A stretch of 64,000 nt of DNA from Takakia lepidozioides (Eukaryota; Plantae; Bryophyta): assembly GCA_030704615.1 (NCBI GenBank), contig CM060734.1, forward strand, positions 8,432,001 through 8,496,000. The letters are read 5' to 3'. This document shows positions 1 to 12,425 of this stretch, piece by piece. The stretch's first letter is position 1. The number at the start of each line of letters is the position of its first letter. The notes beneath the pieces were generated by a model. It was not told the origin of the DNA, made no database searches, and saw nothing but the letters and a program-made list of their open reading frames with translations. The position numbers and the translations under genes are program-made.

Positions 1-1651
1 AATGCTAGAGAGGCCAGGAGCTGTACCTAGTGCCGGTCACTTGTAAACCTCCTGAAAGTGCTCTTGCATCCATCCTTGCAGCATGTCCCAACAGTGCTTA
101 GTGCGGGAAACTAAGGAGGCTGGATATATGTGGAACTCCTCCTTCCATGATTGGTATGCTGCTACCCATCAAAGAAAACAATCAATCAGTCCTCACTGGG
201 AAGCTGCAATATTCGCTAAAATTCTGAGCTATTTCGTTTTAGACAACTCGAGCCTTCAAGCACCACAACAATGATTGCCACCACCAAGCACTCTCACACG
301 AACTCACAACTCTTATTAAAGGAAATACTGTAAGCCATGAAACCTACATGTGAAACTTCCCACTGCTCTTCTGCAGCATCTTTCAACTCAAAATTTGCAG
401 ACTGATCATTGTGCACGCAGGCTGCACACAGTGGTGGCGTCCAACACAAGCTGCAACAACGCTTCCTGCAGCTCCTCCATGGCGGCTATCACCCAAGCAA
501 GATAAAATGATCAGTGAATTCTGCAGATTATATATCCGGTTATCAATCAACATATCAAGAACCCCACCTGTTTGACGTTCTTCATGTAAAGGCTCTCACT
601 TGTCCTCTTCTAGTTTGTCTTCTCGGCCCCTGCAGACATGTGCACATCATGCAGCCAAGAGCGGGTCCACTGGCATCCCACATGCCTCCGTCTTTGTCGC
701 CTACTATCGACAACGTGTGTTTCAGTTGCTTTGCAGAGAGCACAAGCCATCTTTATTTTGCATCGGGTCGATGTGACTAGCTCCGCGTCATCTCGTCTTC
801 CGCCTCTGCCTGACACTTTGCCTATCTCCTTGCTTGATCTCCTCCAGGCTGTTGGCTAGGAGGGTCGCTCTGCTTGAGTAGTTTACTATAGCTTCTGTTT
901 TCGTCGCTGGTTGAGTAGCTTACTATAGCTTTTTGTTTTCTCTTGTTTCTTGTTCCCCCCTTTTTGGGAACTTCACATCATATGCACGTTCACCCATTGT
1001 ACATGTTGTAAATAAAGTCTTACAGGGTTTCATCACCCTGATTTCTATGTAAGGCCAATCCCTTAGCCGACATTTCCGGTGGACCCTTGCCTAGTCATCT
1101 GCTTAAGCAGTATCCCATCTTTGCTGTAAGCACTGCCTATTCCACAAGGTTATATTTGCTGGCGTCTTGAGTGCAAGAGGCCTCCGCAGTTGCTAAGCCC
1201 TCCTCCACGTGCAACCACACTGCCTTTGTAAAGGATGATGAATGGATCGAACTAATGAATAGATGAACACCTTCCTCTGACACGTGCCCCCAGTAAAAGT
1301 ATTTAGTAGAATCTAGTACATTGATGCTTACTGGTTACAGAGATGCTGCTGGCTGCTCGGTGTCTCTCTGTCTTCAAAGGAGAGAGAGGATACCCAGCGG
1401 ATCTGCGAGACCCAACTGCAGCTCATGTAGTATTCTTTCACTTTTTGTCTAGAAAGAAAGAAGGGATAGGCTGTTTCTGCGTTTAGATTTATAGCTCTCA
1501 TATGCTCGTGATCTGGGCGCTGTCCAATTGTTCCAATAGTAGGCTCAATTTAAAAACCCATGACTGGTCTGTGTCCATTCCAGCTTAAGTTTCGGTTTTC
1601 TTGCAATCAGATGTGGATTTTTTTGTTTCTGGCTTTCGTCTGAATCCAGAG

Positions 1652-2072
1652 ATGGAGGGCAAGGAGGAGAGATTACTTGGCCGTGCGATTACAAACCATC
1701 TTTTTCTCTCGCAATTTGAGCCATTCCGTGCATGTCTTCTCACTTTGAGTGGCAGAAATCCGGTTCTTGCTCGCGACATTTATCAAGCAGTTATAAAGAA
1801 GGTATGGAATTTGAAGGGGGTGCTATGGTCGGACACTGTGCCCTCGCCGTCACATCTAGCCTGGCAGTGTTTGCAAGAGCTGTCTGCTATGGAGGATAAA
1901 GTGTTGGAGAGGGAGCAACCATCGGATGGAGAAAGAGAACACCAGGGGATTTTGCATCGCCGCCTCATTCATGATAGCATTGAATTCCTCTTGCTTGTAG
2001 AGTTTCTGAGGGGGTTGGTGGGCGGAAATGGCGAGACGAGAGAGAAGAAGATGGGAGATGGTGCAGAATCGG
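1652..2072 (+). pseudogene. ZFYVE26: ZFYVE26/SPG15 (spastizin)-like host gene, exon 1
   Basis: ATG at 1652 gives MEGKEERLLGRAITNHLFLSQFEPFRACLLTLSGRNPVLARDI...VLWSDTVPSPSHLAW. This resembles the land-plant ZFYVE26 N-terminus as I recall it (NHLxLxQFEPxRAxLLxLRxxNPxLA...WSxxxPSPS). Phase-1 donor G|GTAAGA at 2072/2073. Confidence 0.75.
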
Positions 2073-2804
2073 GTAAGAACAACATGGATAATCCAAAGAT
2101 CGGATTTGCGGTTCTAGGGGTCCGAATTGTGGCAATGGATGAGTGAATCTGCCAGTACACACTGAAAAGCAGTATACCCTTTCTGTGTGCGTGTACATCT
2201 GAGAGTTATTGAGTAACGTTTGTAGCAGACAGCCACTGCGCATTGATTCTGCACAAAGATATCATGCCATGTAAGTCGGTGAATGAATTCGAGCACCCTA
2301 CGTGTGTGTGCAAGCAATGAAAGTGCGTGAGTAGCAAGTACACCCTGTGATTTGATATTCTAAATCACATCGGGGTTTTGGCTCCGTGCACAGAGTTTTT
2401 CTGGAACAATCCTTTTCTTGGTGGGCACCTGCTGGACCTTTCAAGGTTCAGGGTTGAGAGAAAGAGAACAACCAACCTTTCACTTCAGTCACACATATTT
2501 GCGATCCAAGCCAGTAGATCAAACCTAAAACCCTGGTAGATAGGAGAATTATGTGAACCTAGCCCACTTTATATCTAATTTGTCCTCTGAACAAAGAGAT
2601 CCTTCTTGTGTGCATTAGTGGGGTTTCTGTTGGTCCATCATGTACACTTATCAGAGTTGCATACCTGAATTGACAAGCATGATACTGTTAGTTTGTTTGA
2701 TTAATTTTGCTGTTAGGAAATGACGTTCTTAGACATTTGTGTTGAAAAACACAACGAATGTAGATTGAATAAATGTCACATTGCAATGTAAATGAGATTA
2801 ACAG

Positions 2805-3387
2805 GGGCTGGAGCACCTGAATAGGAGGAAGGAGCTGTGCTTTCCAAAGGTAGAGAGGTTGACAGTGTTGAACGAAGGGAATGCGATACATTGGAAGAAG
2901 TTGAGAGAGATGGCCCACAATTCATTGAGGGTATCTCGGCAGCAGGCCTGGATAGACTGCAAAAATCTCTCCATTTTGTAGCATGGCATAAATTGGGAGG
3001 GGGAGACGAAGAACAGGAGGAGGAAAAGAGAGAGAGTGAGGGCCAGAATAGGGTGGCACATATAAAAGGCAGAGTGAATGTTAGTGAAAGTGAAGCAAGC
3101 AGGCTTCCAGGCACAGCATCACAAGGGATAGAAGAAGAGAAAGAGAGAGGATTCAGACCTCTAGAAAGTTATGCCCTGTATGCACAATCTGTCATAGAAG
3201 CAGAGCGTGTAGATCAAATCTTGACAGAAATCGACAGAAAATGGGTGCGGAAGTTGACTCACTGTCACCCAGAGTTACTGGATGCGTTGTCCCCAAACAT
3301 TGCAAGGCATCAGCAGGGAGGTGGGCTAGCTGCCAAGTCTCGTTTGAGGACACCTGGGAGATCCTTATCTGTGGAGTCTGAAAGAGA
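2805..3387 (+). pseudogene. ZFYVE26: ZFYVE26-like exon 2, 5' part (in-frame TAG at 2822-2824; interrupted by LINE at 3388)
   Basis: Acceptor TTAACAG at 2804 is phase-compatible with the exon 1 donor. The ORF includes HPELLDALSPNIARHQ, similar to the plant homolog's xPDVFDALxxNIxRQ. It ends in TSD GAGTCTGAAAGAGA (3374-3387). Confidence 0.6.
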
Positions 3388-4291
3388 TTGTACTCATAAG
3401 ACGTTGTTTGCCGTAGCCTTGTGGCCATTGACCCCGCGCCCAGTTTGAGCGGGAACAAAAGGGACAGAACCTACCTCTGTCAGGGGCTGACGTTGGTAGT
3501 AAGACTTACCTCCATATAAAGAATTAATCCGGGTTTTCCAGATATCCTCTAGAAATCTCTTCACACAAGCATCAATCTGCTGTGTGTGATATGCCCAAAA
3601 ACTAGGCCTCAGGAGGGCCTGGGCTTTTGGCTCAGCCTCGAGACTTTCAAAGTTGGTAAACAGGGGTACAGGCACAATTCCCTTAATAGATTTGAAGAGA
3701 GCGTCTCTTTGGTGAGAGAACCCCGGACAGTGTATCAGAAAATGAATACTGTCTTCAGATTGCCCACACAAGGGGCAATTGCACTCTCCCTTTCCTCTCT
3801 GCTTCTGTTTGCTGTTCAAAGGTAGGCTTCCTGCCCTGAGTTTAAATTTCAGTCTAGTGCCGAGAGTGGGTAGACCCTTGAGGTCATCCAAGATGTCCTC
3901 CCCCATGTCACAGACTGGAAACAAGTTCAGGGAAGTTTTCTGCCTAACTTCACTCTCATCAGACAATCTCATGGCAACAGACATGGCTTCGGACACTACA
4001 GCCTCTAAGTCAGATTTATCCAGCAGGGTCAAGACTTGCGGATCCAGGTCCAGGTCCTTGAGGATCTCTTCTACTCTCTTCTGCCAGGACTTAGCCTGTT
4101 TGACAGGGCGGTCCTGTTTCCAAGATATAGAGTCGATTAACTTAGGATATCTGGTGTTGGGCACCATCTGACCTTGAATTCATCTCGTCGGGAGCTTAAG
4201 GACGGAATGCCAAACTCACCCCGAACAGCCACATTGGCTGTTTTGGAGCATCCTTAAGCACCCCCACTTGAATGGATTCTAGAGATTGTAC

Positions 4292-7200
4292 TCATAAGAC
4301 GTTGTTTGCCGTAGCCTTGTGGCCATTGACCCCGCGCCCAGTTTGAGCGGGAACAAAAGGGACAGAACCTACCTCTGTCAGGGGCTGACGTTGGTAGTAA
4401 GACTTACCTCCATATAAAGAATTAATCCGGGTTTTCCAGATATCCTCTAGAAATCCCTTCACACAAGCATCAATCTGCTGTGTGTGATTTGCCCAAAAAC
4501 TAGGCCTCAGGAGGGCCTGGGCTTTTGGCTCAGCCTCGAGACTTTCAAAGTTGGTAAACAGGGGTACAGGCACAATTCCCTTAATAGATTTGAAGAGAGC
4601 GTCTCTTTGGTGAGAGAACCCCGGACAGTGTATCAGAAAATGAATACTGTCTTCAGATTGCCCACACAAGGGGCAATTGCACTCTCCCTTTCCTCTCTGC
4701 TTCTGTTTGCTGTTCAAAGGTAGGCTTCCTGCCCTGAGTTTAAATTTCAGTCTAGTGCCGAGAGTGGGTAGACCCTTGAGGTCATCCAAGATGTCCTCCC
4801 CCATGTCACAGACTGGAAACAAGTTCAGGGAAGTTTTCTGCCTAACTTCATTTTCATCAGACAATCTCATGGCAACAGACATGGCTGGACACTACAGCCT
4901 CTAAGTCAGATTTATCCAGCAGGGTCAAGACTTGCGGATCCAGGTCCAGGTCCTTGAGGATCTCTTCTACTCTCTTCTGCCAGGACTTAGCCTGTTTGAC
5001 AGGGCGGTCCTGTTTCCAAGATATAGAGTCGATTAATTTAGGATATCTGGTGTTGGGCATATGTTGCAGCTGACCCCACCATCTGACCTTGAATTCATCT
5101 CGTCGGGAGCTTAAGGACGGAATGCCAAACTCACCCCGAACAGCCACATTGGCTGTTTTGGAGCATGCTGACATACACTCCTTAAGCACCCCCACTTGAA
5201 TGGATTCTAGAGACTTAGCCTGGTTGGAGTTATCAACCCATATAGCAGATCCGTACTCCAAGGCAGGTCTAATAACGCGACAAAGCATGGTTTTCTTAAC
5301 CTCAGAGTTGACCCCTCTGCAGTGGAAAAATTTAGTGAGCCCCAGAGCTTTGCCCTTGCCAGTTTGAACAACTTTCCGGATATGTGCATCCCAATTACAA
5401 TTGGAGGAGAACTCAACGCCCAGGTAAGTGTAGGAAGGGAGGACCGGGATCTCTTGGCTACCCCACTGCCACTTAAGATCACTTCCTCCCTCTCCTCTGT
5501 CGTTGAATGCTACCACTGCACATTTGCTGACATTAGCCTCTAGCCCCCAAAGATCAAAGTATCTCTTCGCGCAATCAATCAACTCCTGGAGATTGGTTGG
5601 AGTCTCCCCTATGCCTGCGAAGTCATCCGCAAACATAAGGGCTGGTATGGTGGTATCACCCACCCTTAACCCAAATCCCTCACTTTCCACATCCTCGAGG
5701 AGTTGATTGATGAAAACATTGAAGAGCAGAGGGGAGAGAGTACATCCTTGAGCTACACCTTGGTCTATGTCAAAGAAGTTGGACTTCTGTCCGTTAACAG
5801 TGACACAGCTTTTGGTGTGAGCATACAAGTTGTGGACAACTCTCCACATCTTTCCCTTGATCCCACAAGACCAGAGGCGGAACCATAGGCCATCTCTCCA
5901 CACTGTGTCATAAGCCTTTTTGACATCCAGGAAAAAGACATAAGTGGGTTTCCCTTCTTTTTTCCTTCCCTGGATAATCTGGCTTAGAGTGAAGATATGA
6001 TCCACACAGCCCCTGTTTCGCCGAAAGCCAGCTTGGCCTTCGTGGAAACAACCTCTAGACTCCAGATCAACCTCGAGACGAGTACTTATAACTCTGCAGA
6101 ATGTCTTGCCAACAGCATTGAGGAGCGTGATGCCACGGTAGTTCCCCGGTTCTTCTCTGTCACCCTTCTTGTATAGATTGACAATGACCCCCTGTCGCCA
6201 GCGAAAGGGGATCATTTCAGTCTTCCAGATAAGGTTAAAGAGGAGAACTAGGGCCTCTATCATGGGATCGCCACCGTGCTTGATAAGCTCGTTGACAATA
6301 CCATCAGGTCCACCAGCTTTATATCCATTTAAATGTTCAATTGCTTCCACAATCTCAGAAGAACTAATGGGAGCATTATAAGCCATTGAAATATACTCCA
6401 GTTCATCAGGGCTGTTTTGAATCATAGGAACAGTTTTTCCAACTGTGTCCCTCCATTCAGCAGAAGACCCTCACTGTTAGACCTAGAAGTTCTGCCAAGG
6501 ATACTGTAGTGAGTTTCAAAGGTTTTGACAATGTCAACCGATGAAGTCACCACTGCACCTTTAGTAGTCTTCAGCGCTTGTACTTGCTGACCGTTTTTCG
6601 GTTTGTACAAACGTTGAAGGGCCAACCAGAATTTCTTGTCATTACCACCATGGTGGTTTGAGTTTATTTCACTGTATAACTTGTCCCAGTATAATTTCTT
6701 CTGAGACCTAACAAGCTGATTGATATCTTTACGGAGCTGGTAGTACCTCGCCCACAATTCTCTGTTGGTTTCCAAATTGCAGCACTCTTTATAGAGGGCT
6801 CGTCTCTCAGCTATCTTGAGTTTAATCTCATTAGTCCACCAATTAACTGCTCTACCGCAGACAATTAGTTTCCTCCCAATGATCTTGTCAGCCACGGAGG
6901 AAACGAAACTCTCCCAAGAGTCCACTGCTCTTTCGACTTCATTTCTTGCGTTAACAGAGCGTGACTGAAGTTCTTGGAGCGATTGGACAAAATGAGGGAG
7001 AGCCTCTTGCAAGGCCTGGACGTACTCAGCCTTGACCTCCTCATTGTGGAATTTTTCTATGCGCCACTTCCGAATCGAACGTTTCACAGATCTCTTGGTG
7101 GTGGGAAAACACCTTTTGATCTCAGTCCAAACCAGGAAGTGGTCAGAGGTACCAATATCAGTTCTGTCGATCAACACATTGGCACACTGGGGGAACAAAA

Positions 7201-8833
7201 TTTTGTCCATTATGATATAGTCCACAATGGAACGTTCCCCAGTTTGGGGTTTCTCACGAGTCCACTGCACTTGGTCACCTCTTGTCCTGTTATTCAAGGT
7301 CAAAAGCTGAAGCTCTTCTAGACAGTTAATTAACCGTCTGCCATTAGAATTCAGCTCGTCCTCACCAAAAGGTCCAATGATATCGTCCTGATGGATCCCT
7401 TTGCCCACCCGGGCATTGAAGTCCCCCAATAGTACCACCTGACCTTTGGCAAGGAACGAAGCACAGTCCAGCTTTACATCTTCGAAGGCCTTGTCTGCGT
7501 CAGCACTAAGGGTCCCCTCTGTGGGCATGTAAACACAACCAACAAAGAGGTCCTTTGTACTCATGCCGCCCTTCAAATTCAGTTTTAGCCAGATACTATG
7601 CTCGTACCTCAAACCCTTGTTGATAATTTCACAATTGTCAAACAAGAAATCACGGACAAAGAATCCAACCCCTTTTTGACCGCGTTTGGCAGAGGCTGCC
7701 TTGAGAGTACACATCTTACCTGCCCATTTATAACCAATGACATCTCCAACCAGTTTATCCGACGTTTCCCATGTTTCTTGCCCAGCACAGATATGAATAT
7801 CATTAGTCCGAAGAACTTGTCCCACTTCAAGTTGTTTCCTTTGGTTGGTCAACCCTGAGAAGTTGAAAGTGGCCAGCCGCAAGCCAGCCCTTTGCGTGTG
7901 AATTGTTTGTCGTCTAGGTAGCTTGTGATTGCTCCTGGACGGCCAACCGTTCTGCAAAGGGGGGACAGTTACCCCATGTGTAGATTTTGCTCGTCTTGTG
8001 TAAACTTTGAGAATTGGTAAACCATTCAGGGTACCAAATCTTTCAGTTACACGACGCACAGGCTCCGCACACATAGGGGCAGATTGTCCGTCAGACTGCT
8101 TGGGGACAATTACCCCGTGTATAGATTTTGCTCGTCTTGTGTAGACTTTGAGGATTGGTAAACCATTTAGAGTACCAAATCCTTCAGTTACACGACGTTC
8201 AGGCTCTGCACACTTAGGGACAGATTGTCCATCTGACGGCTTGGGGACAATTACCCCGTGTATAGAATTTGTTCGTCTTGTGTAAACCTTGAGGATTGGT
8301 AAACCATTCAGAGTACCAAATCCTTCAGATTCAGGACGTTCAGGTTCCGTACACTTAGGGGCATCTTGTCCTTCTGGCTGTTTGGATTCAACCTCATCCA
8401 GAGCATCAAACCGATTAGAAACTCTCAAGTTGAAGTTGTTGCCCTTGGTTGTCTTCCTAGAGCGCCCCATTGAATCACCAATGTCTAAGACCGCTCTCCA
8501 GCCAGTCAAGGGACGAACTTCTTTGAGATTGAATTGATGCGGGACTCTATTAGAAGCACTTTTGGTCATTGCAACCTTCAACGTACCCCTGTTATCAAGT
8601 CTCGAGATGGTACCATTAGCCATGAAATCCAAGCCTAAGCTAGAGCATGTAGTTTTAAAGGACACATCGTCCATCCTGGGATTCACCCCAAAAACTACAC
8701 ATGAAGCCCTAGATTTGGCATAAGTAACCAATTCCCAGGGATCACCCTGAGGAGTGTTGATGTTGATAGGAGCTAAATTTTTGATTGTGTTCGCAGGCCA
8801 TAAGTTTAAGCACAGGAACCAACCCGAGCCCAA
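4292..8833 (-). pseudogene. LINE B polyprotein (N-terminal repeats, APE, RT, CCHC) broken by two small frameshifts
   Basis: Three ORF pieces: 8833-6422, 6425-4857, 4882-4292. There is a 1-bp deletion near 6467 (copy C reads NEGFS here) and a 2-bp deletion near 4885 relative to copy A. Confidence 0.85.
7960..8365 (-). repeat. Three tandem 141-bp (47-aa) coding repeats in the LINE N-terminus
   Basis: CxEPxRxxxExFGTLNGLPILKVYTRRxxSxHGV occurs three times; TTGGGGACAAT recurs at 8100 and 8241. Confidence 0.9.
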
Positions 8834-10930
8834 GTGCCGAGTATGCTAGACAGAGCATACGACTGCCCAATTTGGGCGGAGGGGCTGCCCCCAAGCGGTA
8901 GGAGTCCGCTTGTTACCATTCAGAGATCACACTCCAGGGAGTTGCAGGGAATGGCCCGTGTAGGCATATTCTAAAGAGGGAAAGGCCCCAAGCTTTCCAA
9001 CTATATCCAATGCACTACCTTACCTGAAGCAAAGCGCTTCAGGTCGAAACAAACAAGGACACGAGGTCACAAGGCCGGCATTTAGTCACAGAAACATTAA
9101 TGTACTCCCGTTTCAAGTCCACCCAATGTCAATAGGCTTCCTAGAGGACAGGGAGAGTAATGGATTCTAGAGACTTAGCCTGGTTGGAGTTATCAACCCA
9201 TATAGCAGATCCGTACTCCAAGGCAGATCTAATAACGCGACAAAGCATGGTTTTCTTAACCTCAGAGTTGACCCCTCTGCAGTGGTAAAATATAGTGAGC
9301 CCCAGAGCTTTGCCCTTGCCAGTTTGAACAACTTTCCGGATATGTGCATCCCAATTACAATTGGAGGAGAACTCAACGCCCAGGTAAGTGTAGGAAGGGA
9401 GGACCGGGATCTCTTGGCTACCCCACTGCCACTTAAGATCACTTCCTCCCTCCCCTCTGTCGTTGAATGCTACCACTGCACATTTGCTGACATTAGCCTC
9501 TAGCCCCCAAAGATCAAAGTATCTCTTCGCGCAATCAATCAACTCCTGGAGATTGGTTGGAGTCTCCCCTATGCCTGCGAAGTCATCCGCAAACATAAGG
9601 GCTGGTATGGTGGTATCACCCACCCTTAACCCAAATCCCTCACTTTCCACATCCTCGAGGAGTTGATTGATGAAAACATTGAAGAGCAGAGGGGAGAGAG
9701 TACATCCTTGAGCTACACCATGGTCTATGTCAAAGAAGTTGGACTTCTGTCCGTTAACAGTGACACAGCTTTTGGTGTGAGCATACAAGTTGTGGACAAC
9801 TCTCCACATCTTTCCCTTGATCCCACAAGACCAGAGGCGGAACCATAGGCCATCTCTCCACACTGTGTCATAAGCCTTTTTGACATCCAGGAAAAAGACA
9901 TAAATGGGTTTCCCTTCTTTTAGGAAGTGGTCAGAGGTACCAATATCAGTTCTGTCGATCAACACATTGGCACACTGGGGGAACAAAATTTTGTCCATTA
10001 TGATATAGTCCACAATGGAACGTTCCCCAGTTTGGGGTTTCTCACGAGTCCACTGCACTTGGTCACCTCTTGTCCCGTTATTCAAGGTCAAAAGCTGAAG
10101 CTCTTCTAGACAGTTAATTAACCGTCTGCCATTAGAATTCAGCTCGTCCTCACCAAAAGGTCCAATGATATCGTCCTGATGGATCCCTTTGCCCACCCGG
10201 GCATTGAAGTCCCCCAATAGTACCACCTGACCTTTGGCAAGGAACGAAGCACAGTCCAGCTTTACATCTTCGAAGGCCTTGTCTGCGTCAGCACTAAGGG
10301 TCCCCTCTGTGGGCATGTAAACACAACCAACAAAGAGGTCCTTTGTACTCATCCCGCCCTTCAAATTCAGTTTTAGCCAGATACTATGCTCGTACCTCAA
10401 ACCCTTGTTGATAATTTCACAATTGTCAAACAAGAAATCACGGACAAAGAATCCAACCCCTTTTGACCGCGTTTGGCAGAGGCTGCCTTGAGAGTACACA
10501 TCTTACCTGCCCATTTATAACCAATGACATCTCCAACCAGTTTATCCGACGTTTCCCATGTTTCTTGCCCAGCACAGATATGAATATCATTAGTCCGAAG
10601 AACTTGTCCCACTTCAAGTTGTTTCCTTTGGTTGGTCAACCCTGAGAAGTTGAAAGTGGCCAGCCGCAAGCCAGCCCTTTGCGTGTGAATTGTTTGTCGT
10701 CTAGGTAGCTTGTGATTGCTCCTGGACGGCCAACCGTTCTGCAAAGGGGGGACAGGTACCCCATGTGTAGATTTTGCTCGTCTTGTGTAAACTTTGAGAA
10801 TTGGTAAACCATTCAGGGTACCAAATCTTTCAGTTACACGATGCACAGGCTCCGCACACATAGGGGCAGATTGTCCGTCAGACTGCTTGGGGACAATTAC
10901 CCCGTGTATAGATTTTGCTCGTCTTGTGTA

Positions 10931-11044
10931 GAGTCTGAAAGAGACATAGGTGGGGAGGAAACTGAAACACCAGCAAGAGAGGAGAACGGTGGAGCTTCTG
11001 TTGATGGGGTGGCAGTCGCTTCTGTATTCTCTGAACCCTTGAAG
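10931..11044 (+). pseudogene. ZFYVE26: ZFYVE26-like exon 2, 3' part
   Basis: Second TSD copy at 10931-10944. The reading frame continues across the insertion as ...SVESER|DIGGEETETPAR...EPLK. Donor AAG|GTGGGC at 11044/11045. Confidence 0.6.
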
Positions 11045-11650
11045 GTGGGCCTCTGTTCCTCTGTTCCTCCGTTCCTCTGGATTTTAGATTAGGATTGACA
11101 AGGGACAGCAGATTGGGAAGGTTAATTCATTTTGAGTTCCTGACAGATGCCGTGACCTGACCATCGTCTAAATTGGCCACAACATTGAGGTGGTATTGGG
11201 AACATCAGTTCGGTTTGCATCTTGGTTTGTGTGTGTCTTTGCAGCGATGAACTCAGCTGTGGGTGAGGGAATCATCTTGCTACAATGGGTACATCAAGGG
11301 AAGAATAGGCACTGAAGATCTGCTCCCATAGTATCAGTTCACAATAATTGCAAACTGGTCTGAATCAGTAACCTGGGGAAGTTAGCATAGGGAACTGAAG
11401 GGGAGGTTTTTGGGGTTGGAGATGGACTTGTTTGTAACATGGACAACTTCTCTGGGTCCTACAATTTTCTGTCTTGTTGGTGCAATTGTAAGACTGCACA
11501 GACCAACTGCAGCTTCTCAAATTTGGCTTTTATTATATTCAAGCTGATCCAGTTAGGTGGGACCTACTAGGAGCTGAGGCACAGTCAGTTCAGTGAGTTG
11601 TTTGCTAATAACTGGTTCTGCCTTGCCAACTTACATTGGAGTTACTGCAG

Positions 11651-11793
11651 ATGGATGTAGCCCTTCAGAAGGAAGCACAGCGTGCACATCTTGAGCAGAT
11701 CATGGAAGATGTGAAGGCAGGCGAATTGGTGAAGGCACTGGATCATCTGCGGTTTCTTCATGAGAGTTTTGGAGTTACCGAAGCTGAGTGCTG
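11651..11793 (+). pseudogene. ZFYVE26: ZFYVE26-like exon 3
   Basis: Acceptor CTGCAG| then MDVALQKEAQRAHLEQIMEDVKAGELVKALDHLRFLHESFGVTEAEC, resembling the plant QxAHLDAMxExxxxGDxxGAVxxIRFLHxDYGV block. Phase 0 matches the exon 2 donor. Donor GT at 11794. Confidence 0.7.
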
Positions 11794-12041
11794 GTCAGGA
11801 TCTTTTTTTTTCATTCGTGATTGTCTTGCAGGAAACAAGTTGTATTGTTGTTGTATGTTCACATCGTGGTCCTTCTTGCGAAGATTTGTGTGCTCAATGG
11901 TAGTGGGGTGTGCTTTATCATTGATTGTGTTTCCTCAGCCTCATTTTACCCTTGTCTTTTGACCTTATTTTTTAATCTTTGGGTCTCTATCCATTTCCCT
12001 CTTTTTTCTTATTGTTCTTCACATTTTAATGCACAGTGTAG

Positions 12042-12180
12042 TTTGGATTATCAGGAATCAATTCAGCTGATTTTGAGGGAGGCCAAATCCATGGCGTGGG
12101 AGCAAGAAGCGTCTGTAGTGCCTGCCATATATGAGTGTGTTGTGGCCTCTGGGAGCTCCATCCTTCCTTGGCTGGTTGAG
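12042..12180 (+). pseudogene. ZFYVE26: ZFYVE26-like exon 4 (acceptor approximate)
   Basis: LDYQESIQLILREAK...IYECVVASGSSILPWLVE followed by a strong GAG|GTATGT donor, with a pyrimidine-rich intron upstream. Confidence 0.55.
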
Positions 12181-12425
12181 GTATGTGTTTTTGGACTTGG
12201 AGCTCCTGTGCACAGATTAAACACAAATCATTGCCAGTAACATAACGAGAGGGTGGTGATGGGAAGAAGAATATATTGAACTTCCAGGAGATTGAAGGGG
12301 GAGAAAGAAACGATCTTCATAATCAGGGTACCCTAAGAGAAAGAATGAAGAAACGAATTTTATAAAATCTACAGGAGCCCCCAAAGGCCCATGAACAAAG
12401 ATAGAAACAGAGGAGAGGGAGAGCG

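Larger units (their letters stand above)
4286..9158 (-). mobile_element. LINE copy B, apparently full-length (about 4.9 kb), APE-RT-CCHC type (RTE-X/L2-like)
   Basis: 15-bp TSD AATGGATTCTAGAGA (4271-4285 / 9159-9173). About 325-bp 5' leader. APE motifs (QET, GDFNA, VDYI, SDH), RT motifs (PGNYRGITLL, QGCTLSPLLF, FADD, YLG) and a C-terminal Zn knuckle. Confidence 0.92.
3388..10930 (-). mobile_element. LINE copy A (5'-truncated, internally deleted), split by nested LINE copy B
   Basis: 14-bp TSD GAGTCTGAAAGAGA (3374-3387 / 10931-10944). 10930-9174 holds the APE endonuclease fused by deletion directly to RT (GTSDHFL|KEGKPIYVFFLD, MFADD). 4270-3388 holds the C-terminus with the CPLC..HFLIHC knuckle. 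Confidence 0.9.

Noticed and set aside
1-1600. Short ORFs and a small tandem duplication (about 875-945) upstream of the host gene
   Set aside because: No recognisable protein motif or TE boundary; left unannotated.
6422-6425. Programmed ORF1/ORF2 stop-start overlap (ATGA) in LINE B
   Set aside because: The break falls between APE and RT, and copy C shows the extra base (NEGFS), so it is a 1-bp deletion.
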